DNA of 64,000 nucleotides from Bacteroidota bacterium. GTDB taxonomy: Bacteria > Bacteroidota > Bacteroidia > Chitinophagales > Chitinophagaceae. Positions within the stretch are counted from its first letter, which is position 1, and each line of letters opens with the position of its first letter. This document shows, in pieces, positions 19,076 through 29,102 of the stretch. A model generated the notes under the pieces. The model was not told where the DNA came from and made no database searches. It saw only the letters and a program-made list of their open reading frames with translations. The stretch is taken from assembly GCA_947452555.1 (NCBI GenBank), contig CANGDH010000004.1, forward strand, positions 53,553-117,552, in the 5' to 3' direction. A program made the translations under genes and the position numbers.

Positions 19076-20170
19076 TTATTTAAAAGGGAATTTTACCACT
19101 TTTGCTTTTACCAAAACGTTTCTAATATCAATAAAAATTTCAGTGCCCAATTTAGCATGCTCAATTGCTACATACCCCATTCCTATTGCTTTCCCTAATG
19201 TTGGTCCTTGTGTACCAGAAGTAACAGATCCTATTTCATTTCCAGCAGCATCCTTAATGATATAATAGTGACGTGGTATTCCACGGTCTATCATTTCAAA
19301 TCCAATTAGTTTTTTTGTAACTCCATTTTCTTTTTGAGCTTTTAAGGCAGCAGCATTAGTAAATTCTTTTGTAAACTTAGTAACCCATCCTAAGCCTGCT
19401 TCAATAGGACTAGTGGTATCATCAATGTCATTACCATATAAACAGAAGCCCATTTCTAATCTTAAAGTATCTCTCGCACCCAAGCCGATTGGTTTAATAC
19501 CGAATTCGGCACCTGCTTCAAATAAAGCATCCCAAACCTTATTTGCATTGTCATTTTCATCCTCAAAATAAATCTCCACTCCACCAGATCCGGTATATCC
19601 TGTTGCGCTAATTAGTACATTTTCAATATCTAATAATTTCCCTTTAGCAAAACTGTAATAAGGCATATTTAACACATCCATTTGTGTCAATTTTTGTACG
19701 ATCTGAGTTGCTTTAGGTCCTTGCACTGCAAGTAATGCTGTCCTTGGACTTATATTATGCATTTCAACACCCTTAGTATTATAACTACTAATCCAATTCC
19801 AATCTTTTTCAATATTAGAAGCATTCACTACTAACATATATGCTTTATTTTTTTCAATACAGTATACCAGTAAATCGTCTACAATACCACCAGTAGTATT
19901 CGGCAAGCAACTATATTGCGCCTTACCATTTTCTAAAACAGAGGCGTCATTGGAAGTAACGCTTTGTATTAAATCCAAAGCGTCAGGTCCATTTAAAATA
20001 AATTCTCCCATATGACTTACATCAAAAACCCCCGCATTGTTACGTACAGCAGCATGTTCGTCGTTAATACCAGTATAACTAATTGGCATATTATAACCAG
20101 CAAAGGGAGCCATTTTAGCACCTAATGCAATATGTTTAGCGGTAAAAGGGGTATTTAATACTTCAGTCAT
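19076..20170 (-). CDS. gcvT: Glycine cleavage system aminomethyltransferase T
   Basis: [42 protein letters not shown]. Confidence 0.97.
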   Translation of the reverse strand: MTEVLNTPFTAKHIALGAKMAPFAGYNMPISYTGINDEHAAVRNNAGVFDVSHMGEFILNGPDALDLIQSVTSNDASVLENGKAQYSCLPNTTGGIVDDLLVYCIEKNKAYMLVVNASNIEKDWNWISSYNTKGVEMHNISPRTALLAVQGPKATQIVQKLTQMDVLNMPYYSFAKGKLLDIENVLISATGYTGSGGVEIYFEDENDNANKVWDALFEAGAEFGIKPIGLGARDTLRLEMGFCLYGNDIDDTTSPIEAGLGWVTKFTKEFTNAAALKAQKENGVTKKLIGFEMIDRGIPRHYYIIKDAAGNEIGSVTSGTQGPTLGKAIGMGYVAIEHAKLGTEIFIDIRNVLVKAKVVKFPFK

Positions 20171-20193
20171 CTTTTTTAATTTTGCTCAAAGGT

Positions 20194-20232
20194 AAATAAA
20201 AGCGCCCCTTCTTTTACAGAAAGGGCGCTTTT
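20194..20232 (-). terminator. Intrinsic terminator after PspC-domain gene
   Basis: AAAAGCGCCC...GGGCGCTTTT inverted repeat with T-rich tail on minus strand. Confidence 0.75.
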
Positions 20233-20278
20233 GTTCACAAAATTATACTCCACTTGAATCAAGTGTCAAAAAATGGTC

Positions 20279-22537
20279 TTAATAAGTAAATCTTTCAAGT
20301 ACCCAATGCAAATCACCTAATTTAGAAACCGCATCTGGCAACTGACCTAAAGCAGCTTTCTTAGAAACCTCTGTGCTAATTTTATCAGTGGCTTTTTCAT
20401 TTGCCTTATTTTTTAATGCACGGTCAATTTTATCTAGCTCTTTTTGTTTCTCTTCTCTAGATTTATGTAAATTATTCTCTAATTCTTCTCTTTCTTTTTT
20501 AAGCTCCTCTAACCTTGACTCCATATCGGAAGGACTATCGTCATTACTTTGCTCCAAGGCATCGTCGTCACGTTTAATTTTCTCCAAACCAGTAGTCGTC
20601 ATTCTATATTCAACGCCTCTCTCAAAAGAATAAGATTCATTATCCCAATTTTCATCCCATTCGTCTACCCAATTGTTGCGTCCAATATTATCAATGGTCT
20701 CCGCTTGTATCCCAGTATGATTAACTTTCACATTCAGATTCGTTTGAGACCAACCCTTATTCGTGATTTTAATGCGCTTACCAATAGGCACCGCAATGGT
20801 CATAATAACATGCTGATTTCTAAATTTATCCTGCTTAGTAATTGCAATGCCTCTATCTAAAAATACTAAACTGTCTTGCTGCGTAATATTAAAATTAATT
20901 TTTTTAGCAAAAGCATTTGCTTCATTTACGCTACTGCCATTACTCATAGTAACATATTTTACTTCAAAACTATCAGTCTTAGATTGTACAATACGAATTT
21001 TTAAATTTCGTATATACACCGTGTCTTCGTCATAAAAATTAAATGGTTCTATATGAAACCATTTTTCCTCATAATATTTCATTTTAGGAGTAGCTGTTAC
21101 TTCCAAAAAGTCAACACCTGGTTTGCTTAAAGAAATTGTTGATTCTGCAGGTTGATTGTGTTTAGAGAAGCTGTTTCCGATACTACTAATAAAGTAAAAG
21201 AAGCAGATCCAACCCAACACCCATAATGCAATAAAACTTGACCTTACCCAGATATTTGATTTTTTAAATCCAGCAATTTTTCTAATAATGGCTGACACAA
21301 TCCCAATTACTGGAACCCATATAAATAAAATAATGGTACCTATAAATGCAGCGCTTTGAACGCCGTCTTCTAAAATAAATTTCTTCAATGGCAATAAACC
21401 GGTTGTTGCAACGCCTATTCCAAATAATGCCGCTAATAGTGAAATTAGAATAATACCTAAAACAAAATAAACAAAAACTTTAATGCTAATGGTAATAGCT
21501 CTTCCAACAAAATGCAAGCAACCCTTATTTCTTTCTGGTGCTACATTGTATTGCTCATTATATGAGGCATTAGCATCTTCCTGCTTTTCATTAGCATCTT
21601 GCTTTTTTTTATAAAATTCGCTCCCCCATGTTTGTGCTCTTTTACTAAAACCTTCCATATCATTTTGAATGGTATTTTTAATACTATTCAAGTCTACCTT
21701 TTCTCCTACCATTTCTAGTTTATCCGCACTGGTCTTAGCTTCTGGCAACACCAACCATAATATAATATATACAAAAATGGCACCTGGGCTAAATGTAAGA
21801 TCTAGAAAATTGGGGAAATCAGGGAACTCCCAGAATTGCCATAAATGAACATGTTTAAAATTAATTACGAATCTTATAAATGGAATTAAAAATAGAATTC
21901 TAATAATCCAAACTTGAAGTCCAAAATACTTTGAAAGTCCAGCACAAACTCCTCCAATAATTTTATTATCAACGTCTCTAAAAAGACGTTTTTTAGGACC
22001 ACCTACTTCTTTGACAGAAGAACTTGGAACTGCAATCCATAAAATTAAATAACCTAAAATGTTAATTCCAATTAAAAATATCCAAAGAATTCTTACTACT
22101 AATGGGTCAATATTAAAATAGTTAGCAATACCACTACAAACGCCACCTAATACCTTGTTTTTTTCATCACGATATAAGCGTTTTTGATGCGTAGCTGACC
22201 ATTCGTTCCCCTCCCTATCCGTTTTGCCATTGTTGGTATTATCAGCAGCAGTTGTATTCGCTTCAAAACCATCTTGGGCTTCAAAATCAGCAGGGCGTCC
22301 AATACTAGCAATTATTAAATTAATAGCAGATTGGTCAATGCAAACCTCCCCTTTCTTTAATTTATCTTCGCATAATTCAGCGATACGACATTCAATATCA
22401 TTAATGATTTCATCACGCCCTTCTTCATTTTGAAAGTAGTTGCGTAGGCTTTCAATATATTGTTTCAACATCTCATAGGCTATTTCTTCTATAGGAAGAA
22501 TACGTCCTTGAAAATTGATATTAATTACTTTGTTCAT
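20279..22537 (-). CDS. Membrane protein with two PspC domains and a large extracytoplasmic C-terminal region
   Basis: RLYRD..NKVLGGVCSGIANYF and RLFRD..NKIIGGVCAGLSKYF PspC repeats; N-terminal GRDEIINDIE.RIAE motif; multiple TM helices; acidic/coiled-coil C-terminus. Confidence 0.9.
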   Translation of the reverse strand: MNKVININFQGRILPIEEIAYEMLKQYIESLRNYFQNEEGRDEIINDIECRIAELCEDKLKKGEVCIDQSAINLIIASIGRPADFEAQDGFEANTTAADNTNNGKTDREGNEWSATHQKRLYRDEKNKVLGGVCSGIANYFNIDPLVVRILWIFLIGINILGYLILWIAVPSSSVKEVGGPKKRLFRDVDNKIIGGVCAGLSKYFGLQVWIIRILFLIPFIRFVINFKHVHLWQFWEFPDFPNFLDLTFSPGAIFVYIILWLVLPEAKTSADKLEMVGEKVDLNSIKNTIQNDMEGFSKRAQTWGSEFYKKKQDANEKQEDANASYNEQYNVAPERNKGCLHFVGRAITISIKVFVYFVLGIILISLLAALFGIGVATTGLLPLKKFILEDGVQSAAFIGTIILFIWVPVIGIVSAIIRKIAGFKKSNIWVRSSFIALWVLGWICFFYFISSIGNSFSKHNQPAESTISLSKPGVDFLEVTATPKMKYYEEKWFHIEPFNFYDEDTVYIRNLKIRIVQSKTDSFEVKYVTMSNGSSVNEANAFAKKINFNITQQDSLVFLDRGIAITKQDKFRNQHVIMTIAVPIGKRIKITNKGWSQTNLNVKVNHTGIQAETIDNIGRNNWVDEWDENWDNESYSFERGVEYRMTTTGLEKIKRDDDALEQSNDDSPSDMESRLEELKKEREELENNLHKSREEKQKELDKIDRALKNKANEKATDKISTEVSKKAALGQLPDAVSKLGDLHWVLERFTY

Positions 22538-22548
22538 AAAATATATAT

Positions 22549-22911
22549 TTAAGAAGCTTGTGCTTCTGTTGTAGAAATGGGATTACTATTTTGTGTTAAC
22601 TGATTCACCGCTCCAGCCATGTCATTCCAGGTTTTTAATAAAACAGTAAATGCTTCATTGCCGGCTTCTGTCATAACAAAATATTTTCTAGGAGGACCAG
22701 TTACACTTTCAACCCATCTGTAATTTAATAGTCCCGCATTTTTTAATCTTGTCAATAAAGGATATAAGGTTCCTTCTAAAATTTGCAAATTGGCCGCTTT
22801 CATTTTGTCAACAATATCACTTGGATAAACCTCCCCTTGTTGAATGATGGACAATATGCAAAACTCTAATACGCCCTTGCGCATTTGACTTTGTGTGTTT
22901 TGAATATCCAT
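22549..22911 (-). CDS. PadR family transcriptional regulator
   Basis: QMRKGVLEFCIL, EGTLYPLLTRL, GPPRKYF. Confidence 0.93.
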   Translation of the reverse strand: MDIQNTQSQMRKGVLEFCILSIIQQGEVYPSDIVDKMKAANLQILEGTLYPLLTRLKNAGLLNYRWVESVTGPPRKYFVMTEAGNEAFTVLLKTWNDMAGAVNQLTQNSNPISTTEAQAS

Positions 22912-22948
22912 AACTTTAATTTATAACACAAAGCTAAGAGAGTTTAAG

Positions 22949-22969
22949 GTACTATGTATCACCGAGTAC
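22949..22969. promoter_or_regulatory. Candidate PadR operator (GTACT-N11-AGTAC) upstream of the padR -7 element
   Basis: Inverted repeat just upstream of TAGCTTTG (minus, about 22929-22936). Confidence 0.45.
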
Positions 22970-22993
22970 TAAATAATTTAATAAAATCGCAAA

Positions 22994-23033
22994 TAAAAAT
23001 TCCTAAAATACTGATTTACAGTAATTTAGGAAT
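22994..23033 (-). terminator. Probable intrinsic terminator after M16 peptidase pair
   Basis: Minus strand TTCCTAAATTACTG-TAAAT-CAGTATTTTAGGAA-TTTTT (AT-rich stem). Confidence 0.55.
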
Positions 23034-23076
23034 AATATAATTTTAGGAGCGCGAAATAGGAATGATGAATGGCAGC

Positions 23077-24360
23077 TTAAAATACCACTAATTCATAAAA
23101 GTCATCCTCAATTAAGTACTTATTTGCTAATGCTTTTAACTGTTCAGGTTGAATACTTCTTACAGTTTGGATGGTATTGTAAAAATACTCCTCCGTTAAC
23201 CCATTTAAAATATAAGTTTTCCAACGTCCAATAATTTGAAAAGGTCCATCTAAGTCTCCCAAAAGAGAACCTAGCATATAATTTTTTACTAGATGTAACT
23301 CTTCTTTGTCCACTAATTCATTTCTTAAGATTGCCATCTCTTTATACACTTCGTCAATAGTCGCTCTACAAACATCTTTACCAGCATCGGTACTAATTAA
23401 CCAAGCACAGGCTTGTACATGATTTTGTAAATAACTATGTATACCATAAGTATATCCCTTGTCCTCTCTAATATTACTCATTAAACGTGAGCCAAAAAAT
23501 CCACCAAAAATATTATTCAATACTTGTGTAGGTGCAAAGTCAGGATGATGTCTATTGGGAAAATGTCTTGCTATACGAATAGATCCTTGTACAGACGCTG
23601 CGTCGTTTATAATACTATATTTTTTTTCAGTCGCAGAAATAATAGGATGCGTGATTTCTGTAATTTCTTTTTTATTTAATGGCAATGCCCCAATATGCTT
23701 GTTCAGTAAGGATTGCATATTACTTGGAAATTTTCCTGCCATGAAAATAATACACTTTCCTTCCTTATAATAAGTGTTATAAAAATTGACTAAATCCTCG
23801 CGTGTTAATTTATTAAAATCTATCTCGGTTGAATATTTACCATAAGGATGCTCAATTCCAAATAGATATTCGTCAATTAAACGGTTTGCAATAAAATCTC
23901 CTTTCTTCAAATTCAACGTTAACCTTTGAATTTGATTTTTCTTATAAATTTCTAATTCATTTTCCGGAAAGCTTGCGTCAGCAACTAATTCACTTACATT
24001 CTCAATTACATCTTTGAAATATCTTGTTAAGCAATGTAAACTGATAGTGGAAGTTTCATTATAACAAGTCCTATTTAAGTAGGCTCCGTAAAATTCAAAA
24101 GCGTCATTAATTTCAAAAGCAGTTTTGGAACTAGTACCATTCTTCAATAAAAAATTAGTAGCCGCGGCTACCCAATTCTTTTTTTCATAACTATTACCTG
24201 CAAAAAAAACCATCTCCATCATCATGACTTCCTCTGCTCCACCTTCATAAGCATACACTTCTACCCCATTATCTAGAACAAACTTTTGATAAGGTTTTAA
24301 TTGTATATCAAAGTCAATGGCGTCTTTGATATAAGGGGCCGTATTTCTATCTAATACCAT
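23077..24360 (-). CDS. M16B zinc peptidase, non-catalytic subunit
   Basis: M16 fold (LDNG, SRLMSNIREDKGYTYG) without HxxEH; adjacent to the catalytic partner. Confidence 0.88.
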   Translation of the reverse strand: MVLDRNTAPYIKDAIDFDIQLKPYQKFVLDNGVEVYAYEGGAEEVMMMEMVFFAGNSYEKKNWVAAATNFLLKNGTSSKTAFEINDAFEFYGAYLNRTCYNETSTISLHCLTRYFKDVIENVSELVADASFPENELEIYKKNQIQRLTLNLKKGDFIANRLIDEYLFGIEHPYGKYSTEIDFNKLTREDLVNFYNTYYKEGKCIIFMAGKFPSNMQSLLNKHIGALPLNKKEITEITHPIISATEKKYSIINDAASVQGSIRIARHFPNRHHPDFAPTQVLNNIFGGFFGSRLMSNIREDKGYTYGIHSYLQNHVQACAWLISTDAGKDVCRATIDEVYKEMAILRNELVDKEELHLVKNYMLGSLLGDLDGPFQIIGRWKTYILNGLTEEYFYNTIQTVRSIQPEQLKALANKYLIEDDFYELVVF

Positions 24361-24363
24361 AAT

Positions 24364-25602
24364 TTATGATTTACTATAATAGTATAATGTGTTTCTGTTA
24401 TGCTCTTGGAAAATCTCACGCGCGGTAGACTGAATTAATTCAGGCGTAACTGCTTGATATTTTGCCAACTCGGTATTCATTAATTCGCCATCACCTAATA
24501 ATTCGTAAAAAGCTAAACTATGCGCTCGGTTCATAATACTCATATCTTCAAAACAAATTATACTCTCCGTTTTGTTAATCACTTTCTGAACTTCTTTTGC
24601 ATCCAACAAAGTATTTTTAATAAGTTCCACTTCGTCTAACACGGCTTTTTCTGCAACAGACATACTCACCCCTTTCACCAATTTCCCTTCAATCACTAAT
24701 AATCCTGGGTCAACCGTTCCAAAATGAAAACACTCAATGGAAGAAAATATTTGTTTTACTTTAATTAACTGCTCATATAATCTTGAACTTGCACCGCCTC
24801 CTAAAACCTCTGTTAATAGATCGGTGGCATGATATCCTGCATCAAAGCGACCACCCATATGCCATGTCATCATCAACATGTCCATTGGAACGTCTGCGCG
24901 TACATCCAAAGTTCTACTTTTATCCTGCTTAGGTTCTACCGGCAAATTGCGTACATAGGGTGCCCCTGCTGGAATAGGACCAAACCATTTTTCTGATAAT
25001 ATTTTTACTTGTTCTAATGTTACATTCCCTGTCACAACCAAAATAGCATTATTAGGTCTGTAAAATTTGAAGAAGAAATCCTTAACGTCTTGCATAGAAG
25101 CCTGTTCTACATGTTCCAAAGAAGCCCCAATTGTCATCCATTTATAAGGATGTGTGGTGTAGGCTAACGTGCGCATTTTATGCCAAGCGTCCCCATAAGG
25201 CTTATTTATATAATGTTCTTTGAATTCCTCACACACTACTTTACGTTGGACTTCCAAGCTCTTCTCACTAAATGCCAAAGACAACATCCTATCGCTTTCC
25301 AACCAAAACGCTGTCTCCAAGTTTTCAGCAGGTAATTGACAATAATAATTGGTTAAATCGTTTGTGGTATAGGCATTATTTTCCCCGCCAGCTCTTTGTA
25401 AAGGCTCGTCGTATTCAGGAATATTAATACTGCCTCCAAACATTAAATGTTCAAATAAATGTGCAAACCCAGTTTTGTTTGGGTTTTCGTCCTTGGCACC
25501 CACATTATATAAAACATTTACTACGGCCATGGGCGTACTTGTATCTGGATGTACCAGTACTTTCAAGCCATTTGCTAATTGGAATCTTTCAAATTGTATC
25601 AT
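24364..25602 (-). CDS. M16B zinc peptidase, catalytic subunit
   Basis: TGFAHLFEHLMF (HxxEH), NAYT, LESDRM; start moved to 25602 because a TAATTTTG -7 element lies at 25611-25618. Confidence 0.92.
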   Translation of the reverse strand: MIQFERFQLANGLKVLVHPDTSTPMAVVNVLYNVGAKDENPNKTGFAHLFEHLMFGGSINIPEYDEPLQRAGGENNAYTTNDLTNYYCQLPAENLETAFWLESDRMLSLAFSEKSLEVQRKVVCEEFKEHYINKPYGDAWHKMRTLAYTTHPYKWMTIGASLEHVEQASMQDVKDFFFKFYRPNNAILVVTGNVTLEQVKILSEKWFGPIPAGAPYVRNLPVEPKQDKSRTLDVRADVPMDMLMMTWHMGGRFDAGYHATDLLTEVLGGGASSRLYEQLIKVKQIFSSIECFHFGTVDPGLLVIEGKLVKGVSMSVAEKAVLDEVELIKNTLLDAKEVQKVINKTESIICFEDMSIMNRAHSLAFYELLGDGELMNTELAKYQAVTPELIQSTAREIFQEHNRNTLYYYSKS

Positions 25603-25644
25603 AGAAGGCTCAAAATTAGTCAAATCATTGTATACTAGATATAT

Positions 25645-25652
25645 TAACTTTG
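25645..25652 (+). promoter_or_regulatory. -7 promoter element (TAACTTTG) of mqnC
   Basis: Matches TAnnTTTG, 20 nt upstream of ATG 25673; divergent partner element at 25611-25618. Confidence 0.6.
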
Positions 25653-25672
25653 TGCTTCTTAAATACCATGTT

Positions 25673-26797
25673 ATGCAATTAGACGAATTATATAAAAAGG
25701 CACTGAATTTTGAGTACTTAACAAAAGAAGAAGGTATGTTTTTATTTGAAAATGCACCTTTGGCAGAACTTAGCTATGTAGCAGACGAACTTAGAAAAAT
25801 ACAAGTACCTCATGGTAAAGTGACTTGGCAGATTGATAGAAATTTAAACACTACGAATGTTTGTATTGCTAACTGTAAATTTTGTAATTTTTATAGAATC
25901 CCAGGACATGCAGAAGCCTACATTACTGAAATGGATACCTATAGAGTAAAAATTATGGAAACTATTGCATGGGGAGGTGATCAATTATTATTACAAGGTG
26001 GGCATCATCCTGAATTAGGATTAGATTTTTATAGCAATTTATTTAGACAAATAAAATCAGAATTTCCAGATATTAAATTACACACACTAGGGCCCCCAGA
26101 AATTGCTCATATCGCAAAACTAGGTGGCTATACACATACGGAAGTATTAAAAGCATTACAAGAAGCAGGCATGGATTCCTTGCCAGGTGCAGGTGCGGAG
26201 ATATTAGTAGACCGTGTAAGACGTTTGGTGTCCAATGGAAAATGTGGAGCAGACGAATGGTTAGATGTAATGGCAGCAGCACATCAATTAAATATTACAA
26301 CAAGTGCTACCATGATGTTTGGCCATGTGGAGACTTTAGAAGAAAGATTTATTCACTTAATTAGAATACGAGAAGTCCAGGATAAAAAACCTGAAGGCGC
26401 AAAAGGTTTCTTAGCATTTATACCTTGGACCTTCCAAGGAGTGGATACTTTATTATCAAAATTAAGAGGTATTCAAACCTTAACGTCTACCGAGGAATAT
26501 ATTAGAATGATTGCTATTAGCCGTATCATGTTGCCCAATATTAAAAATATTCAAGCTAGTTGGTTAACAGTTGGTAAGGCAACAGCACAGGTATGTTTAC
26601 AAGCTGGGGCCAATGATTTTGGAAGTATCATGTTGGAAGAAAATGTGGTTAGTGCTGCAGGTGCTCCGCATCGTTTTACCTATAAATCAATTCAAGAGGC
26701 CATAATAGAAGGCGGATTTGAGCCACAATTAAGAAATCAACAATACGAGTGGAGAGTGCTTCCTGAGCATATCGAGGAGCAGATTATTAATTATTAA
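25673..26797 (+). CDS. mqnC: Cyclic dehypoxanthinyl futalosine synthase (radical SAM, CofH/MqnC family)
   Basis: CIANCKFC radical SAM motif, LLQGGHHP, PGAGAEIL, ATMMFGH, FIPW, NIQASW, GANDFGSIMLEENVV; start moved to MQLDEL. Confidence 0.88.
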   Translation: MQLDELYKKALNFEYLTKEEGMFLFENAPLAELSYVADELRKIQVPHGKVTWQIDRNLNTTNVCIANCKFCNFYRIPGHAEAYITEMDTYRVKIMETIAWGGDQLLLQGGHHPELGLDFYSNLFRQIKSEFPDIKLHTLGPPEIAHIAKLGGYTHTEVLKALQEAGMDSLPGAGAEILVDRVRRLVSNGKCGADEWLDVMAAAHQLNITTSATMMFGHVETLEERFIHLIRIREVQDKKPEGAKGFLAFIPWTFQGVDTLLSKLRGIQTLTSTEEYIRMIAISRIMLPNIKNIQASWLTVGKATAQVCLQAGANDFGSIMLEENVVSAAGAPHRFTYKSIQEAIIEGGFEPQLRNQQYEWRVLPEHIEEQIINY

Positions 26798-26805
26798 GCC
26801 AAGAC

Positions 26806-26831
26806 TGTAACATTTAGATTCCTACTGCGTT
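26806..26831 (+). promoter_or_regulatory. Candidate ECF sigma promoter (TGTAAC-N16-CGTT)
   Basis: Typical ECF -35 AAC / -10 CGT arrangement directly upstream of the ECF sigma gene. Confidence 0.6.
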
Positions 26832-26858
26832 ATATGTACAAATAGCCAATTAAAAGGA

Positions 26859-27350
26859 ATGACTGATAAAGAATATAATAATGCTGTAGACTTATACGCC
26901 GATGGGGTGTATCGCTTTATTGTAAAAAATATCAGGCATCAAGAAGACGCTAGAGATATCGTCCAAACTGCTTTTGAGAAACTATGGGTAAACCGTGCTG
27001 TGGTAGATTCATTAAAAATCAAGTCCTACTTGTTTACGGTAGCTTATCACCAAATGATTGATCATATTAGGCAAGGCAGCAAAATGGAAATTACAGAAAA
27101 TTTTGAAACGCTTAATAATCACAATACCTACCAAAAAAATGGAGAATTAAAACAGCTTTTATTACAAGCAATTAACGAACTAAATCCTACTCAAAAAAGT
27201 CTGGTTTTATTAAAAGATTACGAAGGTTATAGTTATCAGGAGATTGGTGAAATTATGAGCTTATCTGAAAGTCAAGTAAAAGTATATTTACACAGAGCTA
27301 GATTACAATTGAAGCATAAATTAGTACACCTTGATAAAGTAAGTGCTTAA
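26859..27350 (+). CDS. ECF RNA polymerase sigma factor
   Basis: DARDIVQTAFEKLW, SYLFTVAY, EGYSYQEIGEIM..SESQVKVYLHRAR. Confidence 0.95.
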   Translation: MTDKEYNNAVDLYADGVYRFIVKNIRHQEDARDIVQTAFEKLWVNRAVVDSLKIKSYLFTVAYHQMIDHIRQGSKMEITENFETLNNHNTYQKNGELKQLLLQAINELNPTQKSLVLLKDYEGYSYQEIGEIMSLSESQVKVYLHRARLQLKHKLVHLDKVSA

Positions 27351-27351
27351 A

Positions 27352-28212
27352 ATGGAATTGAACGAAAAAACATACGAAACCTATTTCTTATCTTATGTAG
27401 ACAATGAATTGTCTGCTACTGAAAGACTAGCAGTCGAAAGATTTGTACAATTCAATCCAAAATATGCAACAGCATTACAAGATTTGCAAAATACAATTTT
27501 GACAGCTGAGCATGTTGAGTTTGAAAACAAGTTTCTTTTATATAGATTAAATGAAATGGATGCCAAACTTGATCTTAATTTTAAAAAGAGTTTATATAAG
27601 AAGGAACAAGCCCCAATACATACTTTTTGGAACCAAAATATGATTCGTTATAGCGCTATTGCAGCATTATTACTCTTGACAATTGGAACTGCTTTAAAGT
27701 ATACTGTAAATAAGGAGCAAAGAGACATTCTGTCTGCAAATAATTCAATGCCTGAAGCTAAAAAATTGACAGAGATTAAAAGAATTGACATTGTATCTGA
27801 TGCTCAGGCTTTAATGTCGAATCAACTAAGTCAAGCGCTTATTGTAAAAAATAATAGTAAAGAGCAGGTAGTTACAAAGAATATTACAGAGCCATTCGAA
27901 ACACTTCCTATAGGAGTTGAGAATACTAAAACGGCAAGTAATTTAAGTACAATACTTAGCAATACTATTTCACAAGCAGCCGAATCAACTGAAACCTTGG
28001 CAAGTATAGAAAAAGAGCAGCACACTATTGATCCACAGCATTCGACAGTAGTTCAAAATACATACCAATCAGAAAGCTTTGAAGAAATAAACATAAACGA
28101 GACAGACCGTGTAATTTACATAAGTAGTATTGAGATAGACAGTGACAAAATTAGAGGCTTCACCAGAAGGTTAAACGCAATATTTAAACGGAATAAATCA
28201 GATAAACAATAA
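27352..28212 (+). CDS. Putative membrane-anchored anti-sigma factor
   Basis: N-terminal YETYFLSYVDNELS..ER anti-sigma-like domain, single TM helix, low-complexity periplasmic part; follows the ECF gene. Confidence 0.75.
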   Translation: MELNEKTYETYFLSYVDNELSATERLAVERFVQFNPKYATALQDLQNTILTAEHVEFENKFLLYRLNEMDAKLDLNFKKSLYKKEQAPIHTFWNQNMIRYSAIAALLLLTIGTALKYTVNKEQRDILSANNSMPEAKKLTEIKRIDIVSDAQALMSNQLSQALIVKNNSKEQVVTKNITEPFETLPIGVENTKTASNLSTILSNTISQAAESTETLASIEKEQHTIDPQHSTVVQNTYQSESFEEININETDRVIYISSIEIDSDKIRGFTRRLNAIFKRNKSDKQ

Positions 28213-28225
28213 TAATATAAGAACA

Positions 28226-29092
28226 ATGAAAAAAATTCTCTTCCCCATTTTTTGCATACTAATTGCATTAGGTGCAAATGCCCAAAAAGATACATTGATT
28301 GCAGTGAATCAGGATACCATTAAAATTGGAAGTTTTATGATTATTAAATCACAAGCGCCGTCTGAACAAAAAGATTGGCAGTCTATGATTGAAAAAGGTA
28401 ATTTCAAAAACACTCAAATAAAAGTGGAAAGAATAAAAGGGATTAAAAAGATAAGAACAACTAAATGGTGGGCAATGGATTTAGGTTTTGCAAACTATTA
28501 TGATGCTACTAATTACAAGTACGACCCTTCTTTTGTAAAGCCAGCAACAGGGCCAGCTTTGAGCACCAAGAGCTTTAGATTGAATAACGCAAGATCAAGC
28601 AATTTTAATTTATGGATAGTCCAACAAAAAATGAATTTAAACCATAGCAGTTTTAATTTAAAATATGGTGTAGGATTTCAAATGTATAATTTTAGATTCG
28701 AGCAGCCTATTAGTTATAGGAATGACGGAGCTAGTTTTGTTTATTTAGACAATAAGACTTTTAAAAAAGATAAACTCTTCGTAAACTATTTGACCATACC
28801 AATTCAGTTAAACTACCAACCTAAGTCTGAGAATAAAAGAGGCTTAAATGCAAGTGCTGGATTAAGTTTTGGTTACTTATTAAGTTCTCATAACAAACAG
28901 ATTGGCGGCACTAAAGAAAAATATAATGGTAATTTTAATTTAAATGATTTTCAAGTTGCTGGGATTGGAGAAGTAGGAATAGGATCTATTAAATTATACG
29001 CTTCTGCAAGTGTTACTAATCTGTATGATAGTAAATTGTCAAAACAATTTAATTACCCATTCTCTATTGGACTAAGATTCAGCAACTTCTAA
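28226..29092 (+). CDS. Outer-membrane beta-barrel protein (PorT-like family), paralog 1
   Basis: Signal peptide ANA-Q, DLGFANY, YLTIPIQL, C-terminal aromatic-ended beta strand (IGLRFSNF). Confidence 0.75.
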   Translation: MKKILFPIFCILIALGANAQKDTLIAVNQDTIKIGSFMIIKSQAPSEQKDWQSMIEKGNFKNTQIKVERIKGIKKIRTTKWWAMDLGFANYYDATNYKYDPSFVKPATGPALSTKSFRLNNARSSNFNLWIVQQKMNLNHSSFNLKYGVGFQMYNFRFEQPISYRNDGASFVYLDNKTFKKDKLFVNYLTIPIQLNYQPKSENKRGLNASAGLSFGYLLSSHNKQIGGTKEKYNGNFNLNDFQVAGIGEVGIGSIKLYASASVTNLYDSKLSKQFNYPFSIGLRFSNF

Positions 29093-29102
29093 TAAAAGCA
29101 TC

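Noticed and set aside
23077-24360. M16 protein lacking HxxEH as a possible pseudogene
   Set aside because: Heterodimeric M16B peptidases normally pair a catalytic and a non-catalytic subunit, as here.
25475-25672. Long N-terminal extensions in the ORF track (mqnC; also kup, metH N-part, DHS-like, Ig-like protein, argH)
   Set aside because: They overlap neighbouring genes, promoters or the riboswitch; downstream ATGs match family N-termini.
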